Positions 21,404 to 32,500 of a stretch of 64,000 nt of DNA are shown piece after piece. Both the position numbers and the translations under genes were made by a program. The notes beneath the pieces were generated by a model. That model saw only the letters and a list, made by a program, of their open reading frames with translations, searched no databases and had not been told where the DNA came from. How positions within the stretch are numbered: position 1 is the stretch's first letter; every line of letters starts with the position of its first letter. This DNA is from Prochlorococcus sp. AG-355-B18 (GTDB taxonomy: Bacteria > Cyanobacteriota > Cyanobacteriia > PCC-6307 > Cyanobiaceae). The stretch covers positions 22,778-86,777 of the forward strand of contig QCDI01000009.1 of assembly GCA_003280965.1 (NCBI GenBank), given 5' to 3'.

Positions 21404-22264
21404 ATGAAAAATATAACTTTTGAAAAATATCAAGGAAACGGAAATGATTTTATAGTAATTGATTCCAGGGGGAATGATTTATATAAAAATTACGAGATAA
21501 ATAAATTTTTTGATATAAAAAAAATTTGTAACAGGCAATTTGGTATTGGAGCAGATGGGGTAATTTTTATAGAAGAACCTAATGAAGATAATTATGCAAA
21601 AATGATAATCTTTAATTCTGATGGTTCTGAGGCACAAATGTGTGGAAACGGAATTAGGTGTTTAGTTGAGTATCTCCACGTAAATGATTCAATTAAGAAT
21701 AAAAATATTGAATATAAAATTGAGACTAAAGCAGGTTTAAAAGTTGCAAAATACATAAATGATGAAATTTCAGTAAAAATGGGAGTTCCAATTTTAGATA
21801 ATCAAAATATTCCAACAACAATTGAAAAAAAAATTAATTCAGTTCCTACACATAATTTTATTGAGAAAAATTTTAGTAACAAAGGTTATGCAGTAGGAAT
21901 GGGAAATCCTCATTTAATATTCTTTGTACAAGACTTAGACTTAATACCTCTTTCTATACTTGGGCCAATATTTGAAAAAAATGAATTATTTCCAGAAAAA
22001 ACTAATGTTCACTTTTGTCAAATCATGAATAAAGAAAATATCAAAGTAAAAGTATGGGAAAGAGGTGCAGGAGCAACTTTAGCTTGTGGAACAGGAGCTT
22101 GTGCTATTCATGTAGCCGCTTACAAATTAGGCCTTTGTAATTCAAAAACAACAGTAACCTTACCTGGAGGAAATCTTAAGATTGATTGGTCAAAAGACGA
22201 TTGTGAAGTAATGTTGACCGGTAATGCTAAAAAGGTTTTCTCAGGATCAATGTTAGTAAATTAA
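21404..22264 (+). CDS. dapF: Diaminopimelate epimerase
   Basis: GNGNDF, MCGNGIRC, GNPH, ERGAGATLACGTG. Confidence 0.96.
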   Translation: MKNITFEKYQGNGNDFIVIDSRGNDLYKNYEINKFFDIKKICNRQFGIGADGVIFIEEPNEDNYAKMIIFNSDGSEAQMCGNGIRCLVEYLHVNDSIKNKNIEYKIETKAGLKVAKYINDEISVKMGVPILDNQNIPTTIEKKINSVPTHNFIEKNFSNKGYAVGMGNPHLIFFVQDLDLIPLSILGPIFEKNELFPEKTNVHFCQIMNKENIKVKVWERGAGATLACGTGACAIHVAAYKLGLCNSKTTVTLPGGNLKIDWSKDDCEVMLTGNAKKVFSGSMLVN

Positions 22265-23436
22265 TGGAAAATAATTTTATCTATTTAGATAATGCATCTA
22301 CAACTCCATTATCTGAGAATGTTTTAAATATAATAAATTCAACTTATAGGGATTATTGGCATAATCCATCATCTACATATCAGCCAGGGATAAAATGCTC
22401 TACTTATCTTGAAAAAATTAGATCTAATATTGCTAATATATTTGAAGCACAGGCAGAAGATATAATATTTACATCTGGTTCTTCAGAATCCACAAATATT
22501 GTATTTAGTAATATTTATGAAACCTTTAAAAATGGTAGAATTGTTATTTCAAATGTTGAACATCAGGCAACAAATATATGTGCAAATAAACTAAGAAAAC
22601 AAAACTGGGATATATGTGAATGGACAGTAAATAACGATGGAATTTTAAATATTTCTAATATTGAAAAAACGTTAACTAAAGAAACCAATCTGGCATCAAT
22701 TATTTGGGGACAAAGTGAAATTGGGACAATACAACCTGTTCAATTTATTGGTTCAAAATGTAAAGAATTAAATATAATGTTTCATTTAGATGGGACACAA
22801 ATATTGAGTAATGGAATATTCAGTTGGAAAGATCTTAAATGTGACTTTCTAAGTTTATCTGCTCATAAATTTGGAGGCCCAAAAGGTATAGGTATTCTTT
22901 TAACAAAAGAAAAGTCTAGACTAATTTTAAAAAATAAAGACATATCACTTACTCAGGAATATTCAATTAGACAAGGAACACAAGCTTTGCCATTAATTGC
23001 TGGAATGTATGAATCATTAAAGAATATTAAAGGAAAAATAAAATTATATGATTACTTTACTGAATTTCCTTTAAATAATATTAATAAACTTAAAAATTAT
23101 TTTTTCCAAAAAATACAGGATAATAAACATATAAAGATTACAGGAAGTATTAACCATAGGCTCCCCAACCATATTTCATTTCTACTATTAAATAAACGAT
23201 TTAAGCCTATAAGGGCCTACAAGATTGTTAATTTCATGTCAGAAAATAATATAGCAATAAGTAGTGGAAGTGCATGTTCTAGCTCTTCTGGAAACCCTAG
23301 CTCAACCCTCAAAAATATTGGTTTTAAAGATGATGAACTATATTCAAATATTCGTGTTACTTTAGGTTCATTAAACTATAAGTCAGAAATAGATAAATTT
23401 TTAGAGCTTATTCAAATATGTATTGACAAATTTTAA
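22264..23436 (+). CDS. iscS: Cysteine desulfurase (class V aminotransferase, IscS/NifS-like)
   Basis: YLDNASTTP, SAHKFGGPKG, SSGSACSS. Confidence 0.85.
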   Translation: MENNFIYLDNASTTPLSENVLNIINSTYRDYWHNPSSTYQPGIKCSTYLEKIRSNIANIFEAQAEDIIFTSGSSESTNIVFSNIYETFKNGRIVISNVEHQATNICANKLRKQNWDICEWTVNNDGILNISNIEKTLTKETNLASIIWGQSEIGTIQPVQFIGSKCKELNIMFHLDGTQILSNGIFSWKDLKCDFLSLSAHKFGGPKGIGILLTKEKSRLILKNKDISLTQEYSIRQGTQALPLIAGMYESLKNIKGKIKLYDYFTEFPLNNINKLKNYFFQKIQDNKHIKITGSINHRLPNHISFLLLNKRFKPIRAYKIVNFMSENNIAISSGSACSSSSGNPSSTLKNIGFKDDELYSNIRVTLGSLNYKSEIDKFLELIQICIDKF

Positions 23437-24062
23437 TGGAAACTAATTACAGACTACCTAAAGATTTAAACGAATCTCTTAAAAATATGGAAGATGCAAT
23501 TATTCCAAGTTTATTAGATTCCAATAAAAGATTTACTATAGAATTTAATTTTGAAGGGTTAAAATTTAATAGAATTGGAATAACTATTTACAAGATATTA
23601 GCTAAAAATAATAATGTATTTATAACATTTGCTGATCCGGGTGCGGTAGCTCTGGCTCAAAGAGACTATCCAGATATCAAAGATAAAATCTTTACTTTTA
23701 AATCATTTAATGAATCAAACAATATAAATAATTTTGATAGTGCAATGATATCGATGCTTCCTCAACCTTATGATTTCGATTCATTTGAACCAATGACTGA
23801 TAATTATCAAGGAACTCATTATTCATTAAATCCAAAATTTGAAGATGCTAATATTGGTATAGGAAGTGTTATTAGAGAGAGACGTAAAAACTTTGTTAAA
23901 ACTTGGAAAAATATTTATTTTATCCAGCCTTTAAACAATGCAGCTCTTATGCATATTTATCCAAATAATTGGTTACTTTTCAAAGAAGAAAATAAAAAAT
24001 ATTTTTTTAAAAAAGAATTTGAAATTAAACCCGACAATGAATCTATTTTTGTGAATTTATAG
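23436..24062 (+). CDS. DUF1995 family protein
   Basis: FADPGAVALAQRD, N..EDANIGIG. Confidence 0.7.
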   Translation: METNYRLPKDLNESLKNMEDAIIPSLLDSNKRFTIEFNFEGLKFNRIGITIYKILAKNNNVFITFADPGAVALAQRDYPDIKDKIFTFKSFNESNNINNFDSAMISMLPQPYDFDSFEPMTDNYQGTHYSLNPKFEDANIGIGSVIRERRKNFVKTWKNIYFIQPLNNAALMHIYPNNWLLFKEENKKYFFKKEFEIKPDNESIFVNL

Positions 24063-24063
24063 A

Positions 24064-25293
24064 TTGAATGTGATAAAAAAAATTTATTCATTTTTCCTAA
24101 TTGTTCTTTTATTAGTAACATCTCCTTTCTTAATAAGATATTTACTAATAAATAAAAAAATAAGGCTATTAAATAATATTTATTTTAATTTTCCAGGAAT
24201 AATTACTAATAATAAAAAATGTCCTACCTATGATGCTTTATTGAATCAAAATCTTGATGACTCTTTTAGTGTATCAATTATCAATAATAACGGTACTATG
24301 ATTAGTTCCTATAATGATGAAGTTACTAGATTGCCAGCATCAAATCAAAAATTATTCTCATCAGCTTATGTTTTAAGTAAATATAAATTAAATAATAATT
24401 TAAAAACATCTTTATTAAAAAAAAATAAAAATAATTATTATTTGCTTGGTCAAGGAGATCCAGATTTGAATTATGAAAACATAATCGAACTAATTTCAAA
24501 TGTTAAAGAAAACAAAATTATTAACTTTAATATTGTAGAAATTGATTCAAAATTATATTGGCCTTTGGGTTGGACAAATACTGATAAACTTTACGAATAT
24601 GGAGCTCCTATTAGCTCTCTTGCAATAGAGAGTAATCACAATAAAAATGATGACATTTATGCTTTAAAAAATTTTATTAAAAATTATTTAGAAAAAAAAT
24701 TTTCAGGTTCAAATGTAAATATTAATTTTTTTGATTCAGAAAAAAAATTTTATTTAAAAGATACTACCGAGATAAATAGAGTATATTCAACTCCAATTCT
24801 CTCATTACTAACTTTAACTAATTCTGAAAGCCATAATTTTACTGCAGAATCTATCTTTAAAAATGCCTCAAATACATGGAACGATAATGATTATATAAAA
24901 TTAAAAAATTGGCTAGAAAATAAAGGTCTCCCAGTAACAAATACATACTTTGCAGATGCTAGTGGATTGTCTAGAAAAAATAAAATTACAACTAAATTGG
25001 TAGGTTTGTTTTTAGATAAAATGAGGTATTCTAATGATTTTAAAGCTTATCAATCTACACTTTCAATTATGGGAGTAAGAGGAACATTAGCGAAACGATT
25101 TATAAATACTGAATTAGCAGGAAAGTTTTTTGGAAAAACTGGCACTCTTTCAAACGTATTTGCATTATCAGGATATTTATATAAAAATGATAAGCCAATA
25201 ATTATTAGCATTATTCAAAATTCAAATAAAATTGATAAAGAAAAGGCTTTTAAATTATTACGTGAAGTTTATTACATGAAATCATGTGAATAA
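24064..25293 (+). CDS. dacB: D-alanyl-D-alanine carboxypeptidase/endopeptidase (PBP4, S13)
   Basis: PASNQK (SxxK), SHN (SxN), DASGLSR, GKTGTL. Confidence 0.9.
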   Translation: MNVIKKIYSFFLIVLLLVTSPFLIRYLLINKKIRLLNNIYFNFPGIITNNKKCPTYDALLNQNLDDSFSVSIINNNGTMISSYNDEVTRLPASNQKLFSSAYVLSKYKLNNNLKTSLLKKNKNNYYLLGQGDPDLNYENIIELISNVKENKIINFNIVEIDSKLYWPLGWTNTDKLYEYGAPISSLAIESNHNKNDDIYALKNFIKNYLEKKFSGSNVNINFFDSEKKFYLKDTTEINRVYSTPILSLLTLTNSESHNFTAESIFKNASNTWNDNDYIKLKNWLENKGLPVTNTYFADASGLSRKNKITTKLVGLFLDKMRYSNDFKAYQSTLSIMGVRGTLAKRFINTELAGKFFGKTGTLSNVFALSGYLYKNDKPIIISIIQNSNKIDKEKAFKLLREVYYMKSCE

Positions 25294-25298
25294 AAAAA

Positions 25299-25772
25299 TT
25301 ATTTAAAGTATTCTTTTAAATCCTTTTCAACAGAAGGCGGTACCATGTGATTAATTTCTCCTCCAAATTTTGCAACTTCTTTAACTAAAGAACTACTAAG
25401 AAAACTAAAATTTGTATTTGTTGATAAAAATATAGTTTCAACATCATTATTCAAAGATTTATTTGTATGAGCGATCTGGAGTTCATACTCAAAATCGCTC
25501 ATTGCTCTCAAGCCTCTTAATATAAGTTTAGCTTTTAAATCCTTTGCACAATCGACAGTTAGTCCTGAATAAGAAATAACCTCAACATTAGGTAAATGAG
25601 AAAGAGAATTTTTAATTTGCAATATTCTTTTTTGAAGATTAAATGTTGGAGTTTTAGAAGTATTTTCTAAAACAGCAACAACAAGATTGCCAAACAATTT
25701 TTCAGCCCTTTCTATTAAATCAATATGCCCGTTTGTAAGTGGATCAAATGTACCTGGATAAAGAATTTTCAT
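25299..25772 (-). CDS. coaD: Pantetheine-phosphate adenylyltransferase
   Basis: [31 protein letters not shown]. Confidence 0.97.
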   Translation of the reverse strand: MKILYPGTFDPLTNGHIDLIERAEKLFGNLVVAVLENTSKTPTFNLQKRILQIKNSLSHLPNVEVISYSGLTVDCAKDLKAKLILRGLRAMSDFEYELQIAHTNKSLNNDVETIFLSTNTNFSFLSSSLVKEVAKFGGEINHMVPPSVEKDLKEYFK

Positions 25773-25831
25773 GAATTTATTATGATCGAATAAGAAATTT
25801 AGTTAAAATAAGTTTATTAGATAAATCAATT

Positions 25832-26320
25832 ATGACATTAAATCTAGAAGCAAAAAAAATCTTATTAAGAAAAATACCTCATGGATTATTCATTTGTGGT
25901 GTTAGAGATGAAGATAAAAATGAAGTAAATGGATTTACTGCTAGTTGGGTTACTCAAGGTTCCTTTAATCCACCATTAGTTGTTATGGCTGTTAGAGCAG
26001 AGGGTTCTAGTCATGAAATAATAAAATCTACAAATAAGTTTTCACTTAATGTTCTTAAAGCTGATCAAAAGGATCTTGCAGCTGTTTTCTTTAAACCCCA
26101 AAAAGCATTAGGAGGAAGATTTGAATCTGTAGAATTTAATTTGGGTGAACTTGGACTACCTATTTTAGTAGATAGTGTTGGTGGAGTTGAATGTAAAGTT
26201 GTTGGAAGCGTTATCCATGGAGACCATACCGTTTTTGTAGGTGAAGTTAATTCTGCTTATTTGAATAATGATGTTGACTCACTTAATTTATCTTCAACTG
26301 GCTGGAATTACGGAGGTTAA
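25832..26320 (+). CDS. Flavin reductase-like protein
   Basis: GFTASW..Q.S..PPLV, GDHTVFVGEV. Confidence 0.88.
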   Translation: MTLNLEAKKILLRKIPHGLFICGVRDEDKNEVNGFTASWVTQGSFNPPLVVMAVRAEGSSHEIIKSTNKFSLNVLKADQKDLAAVFFKPQKALGGRFESVEFNLGELGLPILVDSVGGVECKVVGSVIHGDHTVFVGEVNSAYLNNDVDSLNLSSTGWNYGG

Positions 26321-26329
26321 TTACTATAA

Positions 26330-28288
26330 ATGAGTAATTCCTTTATCAAAAAAATAGATAAAAAATATAATTTCAAAATTGAATATAAATTAATAAATAA
26401 TAAGGAGTTATTAAAATCAAGACTGTCCGAAATTCCAAAATCTTCTGGCTGTTATCTTTTTAAAGACATTGATAATAATTTACTTTATATTGGTAAATCC
26501 AAAAAACTACGCAGTAGAGTAAGTAGTTATTTCAATAATTTTGCAGATTTAACTCCAAGATTAAGTTTGATGGTGCGTCAAATAACTGAAATCGAAATTA
26601 TAATTACAGATAGCGAATATGAAGCATTAAATTTAGAGTCAAATTTAATAAAAACAAACAAACCATATTTTAATATTCTTTTAAAGGATGATAAGAAATA
26701 TCCATATCTTTGTATAACTTGGAGTGAGAAATACCCGCGAATATTTATAACAAGAAGAAGAAGAAACAGAAATAATTTAGATAGATATTATGGACCATAT
26801 GTTGATGTCGGACTACTAAGGAGAACATTATTTACTATTAAAAAAATATTTCCCCTTAGACAAAGACCAAGGCCGGTTTATAAAGATCGAACTTGTTTGA
26901 ATTATTCAATAGGAAGATGTCCAGGCGTATGCCAAGAAATAATATCATCAGACGATTACAAAAAAATAATGAAACAAGTATCCATGATATTTCAGGGAAG
27001 AAATGATGACTTGGAACTATTTTTACAAACAAAAATGTCTCAATTCTCAGATGATTTAGATTATGAAAATGCAGCAAAAATAAGAGATCAAATTACAGGT
27101 TTAAGATTATTAACTGAATCACAAAAAATCTCGATTCCAGATTCATCAATTAATAGAGATATATTTGGGATAGTTTCAGAAAAAAACGTTGCTAGTATAC
27201 AAATTTTTCAAATGAGATCTGGTAAGCTCATTGGAAGAATTGGCTATAGTCAAAAATTAAATAATGAAGACGAAAATCTTATATTGCAAAGAGTATTAGA
27301 AGAGCATTATATGAATGTAGAAGGAGTAGAAATACCATCAGAAATTCTTATGCAATATAACCTTCCGAAACAAAAAACATTAGAGGATTGGTTAACTCAG
27401 CTAAGAAAAAACAAAGTAAAAATTATTATCCCAAAAAGAAATAAAAAACATGAGACAGTAGAGATGGTTTTAAAAAATGCAAAATTAGAATTAGATAGAA
27501 TATTAAATGGTATACAAGATAATGAATCAGCAGTTGAAGACCTTACCCAAATACTTGAATTAAGCGAACAACCTAAAAGAATTGAAGGTTATGATATAAG
27601 CCATATTCAAGGTTCAGACCCTGTAGCATCACAAGTAGTTTTTATTGATGGTATTCCATCTAAACAGCATTACAGGAAATATAAGATTAAAGATCCAAAT
27701 GTTTTTATTGGTCATAGTGATGATTTTGCCTCGATATATGAAGTTATATATAGAAGGTTTAGAAAATGGTCAAGATTTAAAGAGAACGGAGGAGATTTTT
27801 CAATATTAAATGATAAAACGAATAGCAAATTAAATAATGAACTTCTATCAGATTGGCCTGATTTAATAATGATTGATGGTGGGAAAGGGCAGTTAAATGC
27901 CGCCATAAAAGCATTAAAAGAATTAAATCTTGAGGAAGAAGTTGCTATTTGTTCTTTGGCAAAAAAAAATGAAGAAATATTTATACCAGGCTTTACTAAA
28001 TCTCTAGATACTGATGAAAACCAAAAAGGAGTTCTTTTACTAAGAAGGTTAAGAGATGAAGCACATAGATTTGCATTGTCTTTTCATAGAGATAAAAGAT
28101 CTAAAAGAATGAATAGATCACAATTATCACAAATAAGTGGATTGGGGCCATCAAGAATAAGAGAATTGCTAGAACATTTCAAATCAATAGACGCAATAAG
28201 AATAGCTAGTAAAGAGGAATTATCAAAAGTTAAAGGACTTGGAAAAAATTCAGTGAATGATATATATGAATATTTTCATGAGTTATAA
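26330..28288 (+). CDS. uvrC: Excinuclease ABC subunit C
   Basis: GIY-YIG (GCY..LYIGKS), EGYDISH, IDGGKGQ, RDEAHRFA, HhH. Confidence 0.97.
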   Translation: MSNSFIKKIDKKYNFKIEYKLINNKELLKSRLSEIPKSSGCYLFKDIDNNLLYIGKSKKLRSRVSSYFNNFADLTPRLSLMVRQITEIEIIITDSEYEALNLESNLIKTNKPYFNILLKDDKKYPYLCITWSEKYPRIFITRRRRNRNNLDRYYGPYVDVGLLRRTLFTIKKIFPLRQRPRPVYKDRTCLNYSIGRCPGVCQEIISSDDYKKIMKQVSMIFQGRNDDLELFLQTKMSQFSDDLDYENAAKIRDQITGLRLLTESQKISIPDSSINRDIFGIVSEKNVASIQIFQMRSGKLIGRIGYSQKLNNEDENLILQRVLEEHYMNVEGVEIPSEILMQYNLPKQKTLEDWLTQLRKNKVKIIIPKRNKKHETVEMVLKNAKLELDRILNGIQDNESAVEDLTQILELSEQPKRIEGYDISHIQGSDPVASQVVFIDGIPSKQHYRKYKIKDPNVFIGHSDDFASIYEVIYRRFRKWSRFKENGGDFSILNDKTNSKLNNELLSDWPDLIMIDGGKGQLNAAIKALKELNLEEEVAICSLAKKNEEIFIPGFTKSLDTDENQKGVLLLRRLRDEAHRFALSFHRDKRSKRMNRSQLSQISGLGPSRIRELLEHFKSIDAIRIASKEELSKVKGLGKNSVNDIYEYFHEL

Positions 28289-28371
28289 ATATTAATTAAT
28301 TTTTAAAAATATATTTCTAGATATTGTTAATAATAACTATATTTAAAATATAATTATTAAAATCTAGTAAT

Positions 28372-28938
28372 TTGAAAGCTGAAGCATATCTCTGGTTTAA
28401 ATCACTTCACATAATTGGTGTAATCGTTTGGTTTTCAGGAATATTTTATTTAGTAAGACTTTTTATATATCATGAAGAATCTAAAAATATGGATAATGAA
28501 TTGAAAATTGCTTTTAATAATCAATATACCTTGATGGAAAAAAGGTTGGCAAATATAATCACAACTCCTGGGATGATATTAGCTTTAAGTATGGCTATAT
28601 GCATGGTTATTATGCAGCCAACTTTGTTAAGTGAAAGGTGGTTACAAATAAAAATTTCTTTTGTATTAGGGTTAGTAATTTATCATTCTTTTTGTTATAA
28701 AATCATGTATTCATTACAAAATGGTTCCTCTACCATTTCAGCAAAAAATCTAAGATTATTAAACGAATTACCGACTTTATTATTATTTATAATTGTACTT
28801 TTAGTTATTTTTAAAAATAATTTTCCTACCAGTGTTGCCACATGGAGCGTAGTAGGATTAGTTATTTTTATGTTGGCCTCAATACAATTATATGCAAAGA
28901 TTAGGAAGAAAAATGAGAATTCATTAAGTAATGAATAG
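28372..28938 (+). CDS. hemJ: Protoporphyrinogen oxidase HemJ
   Basis: KSLHIIG...WFSGIFYLVRLFIYH, RLLNELPT. Confidence 0.92.
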   Translation: MKAEAYLWFKSLHIIGVIVWFSGIFYLVRLFIYHEESKNMDNELKIAFNNQYTLMEKRLANIITTPGMILALSMAICMVIMQPTLLSERWLQIKISFVLGLVIYHSFCYKIMYSLQNGSSTISAKNLRLLNELPTLLLFIIVLLVIFKNNFPTSVATWSVVGLVIFMLASIQLYAKIRKKNENSLSNE

Positions 28939-29578
28939 GGAAGACTTAATAAAATTAACCTCAAATATTAATAAATATAGTTGTCCAGAAAATATTAATT
29001 TTCACTGTCATACAAAATTTAGTGATGGCAGTCTAGATCCTTATGAAATTTTAGAACAAGCTTATAAAAACAAATTAAAATTTTTATCAATAACCGATCA
29101 TCATACAATTAAGGCTCATGAATATATTAAAAAAAATAATATACTTAGAAATTATCCTAAAGATTCTTTTAGATTAATATCTGGCATAGAAATTAATTGT
29201 TTAATTCTAGGATGTTTAGTACATGTAATTGGATTGGGAATAGATATAACAAGTGAATACCTTAATCCCTACATCCTCGGAGAATCACCAATAGGTAATG
29301 ATTTAAATATTAAATCAGTTATTAAAGCAATAAATTTAGCTGGTGGTTTATCATTTCTTGCACATCCCGCTAGGTACAGGATTCCTTTTTATAAATTAAT
29401 TCCAGAAGCCAAAATACAAGGTATTGATGGTGTAGAAGTTTGGTACGATTATGAACTAAATGATGAATGGAAACCTAGTTTATTTGTCTGTTCAGAAATT
29501 GATAAATTAGCAGATAGATATTCCATGCTAAAAACATGCGGAACAGATAGTCATGGGCTTTCAATATTAGGAAGATAA
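28931..29578 (+). CDS. PHP-domain metal-dependent phosphoesterase
   Basis: HCHTKFSDG, ITDHH, AHP, GTDSHG. Confidence 0.88.
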   Translation: MNREDLIKLTSNINKYSCPENINFHCHTKFSDGSLDPYEILEQAYKNKLKFLSITDHHTIKAHEYIKKNNILRNYPKDSFRLISGIEINCLILGCLVHVIGLGIDITSEYLNPYILGESPIGNDLNIKSVIKAINLAGGLSFLAHPARYRIPFYKLIPEAKIQGIDGVEVWYDYELNDEWKPSLFVCSEIDKLADRYSMLKTCGTDSHGLSILGR

Positions 29579-29579
29579 T

Positions 29580-32500
29580 TTAGAATTCGTTTTTCTCAAT
29601 TATTGAATCAGTATTAATAATTATGTGCTTTAAATTTTCAGTGACCTCAGAAGAACAGTTTTTCCACATTTTTCTATTTATGATCTCAAGAAATCTTTGT
29701 GATATATCTCTCAAAGCCCATGGATTATTCTCTAAAAAGAAATTTAAAAGATCTTGATCACATAACCATGATTTATAAACATCTTCATAACACCAATCTG
29801 AAACAACATCTGTAGTGGCATCAAAAGCATATAAGTAATCTAATGACGCTGAAAATTCAAAAGCACCTTTATATCCATTATCTTTCATTCCATTTATCCA
29901 TTTTGGGTTAAGAATTCTTGATATAACAACTTTATTAATTTCATCTTTTAATTTTGAAATTTTTGATAATCCAAATTTAGATAAATCACCATGATACATT
30001 TCAGGAAATTTACCTCTAATTTTTTTAATTGCTGAAGATAAACCACCTTGAAACTGATAATAATCGTCGGAATCTAAAATATCATGTTCCTTATTATCTT
30101 GGTTATGAACAACTAACTGCACGTTCTTGAGAGCATTTTCTAATGATTTTTTATCTTCTATAGGCTCAGAATTATCATTGTAAATCCACTTACTCCAATT
30201 AAGAAAAGATTCCCCAAAATCATCAATATTTTCCCAATTAGAATTTGATATTAGTTCCTGTAGGCCGGCTCCATATGAACTTGGTGCTGATCCAAAAATT
30301 CGGTTAATTGGATCACCTTCCTTTAATGCTTTAGCTAGAGGATTAAATATATCATTCTCATTAAGATTAGAAACAAGAATTATTGCTTTAGAAGTTAATT
30401 TAACTAACTGAGGAAATGCGTCTCTAAACATTCCCGAAATCCTCAACGTCACATCAACCCTTGGCCTATCGAGAATAGATAAAGGAATAATTTCTAAATC
30501 AATTACTCTCCTAGAAGGTCCATCCCATATAGGTTGTACGCCTAATAAATATAATATTTGACAAATATCTTCTCCTCCATTTCGCATTGTAGATGTTGCC
30601 CATACAGATATTGCTATATTTTTTAAATCTTCTCCATTTTCTTGTTTGTATAAATCAAGTATTTGAGAGGCAGATTTACAACCTACAATCCATGCTGATT
30701 CAGTTGGCAGTCCTCTAGAATCAACTGAAAAAAAATTTTTACCAGTTGGTAAAGCTTCAGTTTTACCTCTGGTTGGAGCTCCTGATGGACCACTTTTTAT
30801 ATATTGACCATTTAATGAATTAATAAAAGAAAATTTCTCATTATATGAGGAATTTATTATGGGGTTTAGGATCTCATTTTTTAATAATAAAAAATAATCA
30901 TTATGTTTTTTACTATTAAAAAATAAGTCTATTATCTTTTGATTTTTATATTTTTCTAGATTTTTTATATTGGCTTTCTCTTTGTAAAAAAACAAATATA
31001 TTAAATATTTTGCTTGTTGTTCTAAAAACTCAATAGACATTCTAAAGTTTAGAATGTTTTTCTTCGAAAACGTAAATAATATTTTTTTATCTTTTACACT
31101 TAACTTCTGATCATATTTATTAGTCCAGGGATTCAAATCTAGTCTTAAATGTTCTGCTATATATTGAACAACACCAATGCGGGATGCAGTTGGCACTCTA
31201 GCAATACACAAGAATAAATTTATTTCATTAATTTCATTCTGCCTATTACCAAAAACATGCAGACCCGTTCTAATTTGAGATTCTTTAATTTGACATAGAA
31301 AGGAATCGATTTCCTCAATTTGATTGTATTTATTATCTAAAGAGATTTCTGTAAAATCTCTTTTAATTAAATCAAAAATAGATTTTTCAATTATTTCAAT
31401 ACGATTAGAATTTAATAATTTTGCTTCAAAATATTCGTCTAAATAATTTTCCAAATTTGAATATTTTCCATATAATTCTGACCTATCCAAAGGAGGTGTT
31501 AAATGGTCAATAATTGTAGCTGCAGTTCTTCTTTTAGCTTGGGATCCTTCTCCAGGATCATTGACGATAAAGGGATATATATTGGGTATAGCTGGACAAA
31601 TAATATTTGGGAAACATTTATTGCTGAGACCTATAGATTTGCCAGGTAACCATTCAACAGTACCGTGTTTACCTATATGACAAATAGCATTTGCATTAAA
31701 AACTTTATCTATCCAATGATATTGCGCCAAATATCTATGCGGAGGGGGAAGATCAGGAGAATGAATATCTCTATCAGTGTAAGAATCATATCCTCTCTGA
31801 GGTTGAATCAATAATGTTATTTTTCCGAATTTAAGACCATTTATTGAGAAGCCTTCGTTATCAAGATCGATTGCTTCAGATGGTTGTCCCCAACGTTTAA
31901 CTATAAGATTTTTGGGGTCAATTTCTAAATAATTCCAATATTTTAGGTATTCTCTAAGTGGTAAGTAATCTAATGGTTTATTATTTTGAGACTCAATATC
32001 ATTTGTTCTAGTTTTAATAAGCATAGACATTAATTCAGAAGAATCTTGTGGATGATCACCAGATCCAAGGTCATAACCTTCTTCTTTTAACCAGTTAAGA
32101 ATATTTATTATCGAAGTTGGTGTATTAAGACCAACACCATTACCAATTCTTCCATTCTTAACTGGATAATTACTTATTACTAAACAAATATTTTTATTAA
32201 AATTATCAAGTTTTTGAAGTATCACATAATTTTTTGCTAATTTTGAAATCCATTTAATACCATCAGTATCAGCTTTGTAACTAGTAATTTCACTGTAAAG
32301 TGTATTTTTTACAGAAATTATTTCTTTAAAAGCAGAAGGACAGGTGGTAATTCTTCCATCAAATTCAGGAATAATTATTTGCATTAATAATTCAGATGAA
32401 TTCATTCCAATAGATGAATTTAACCAATTTTGTCTTGATCTATTAGAGGAAAGAAGCTGCAAAATTGGGATTTTTAATGAAGTAAAAATATTTATTGAAT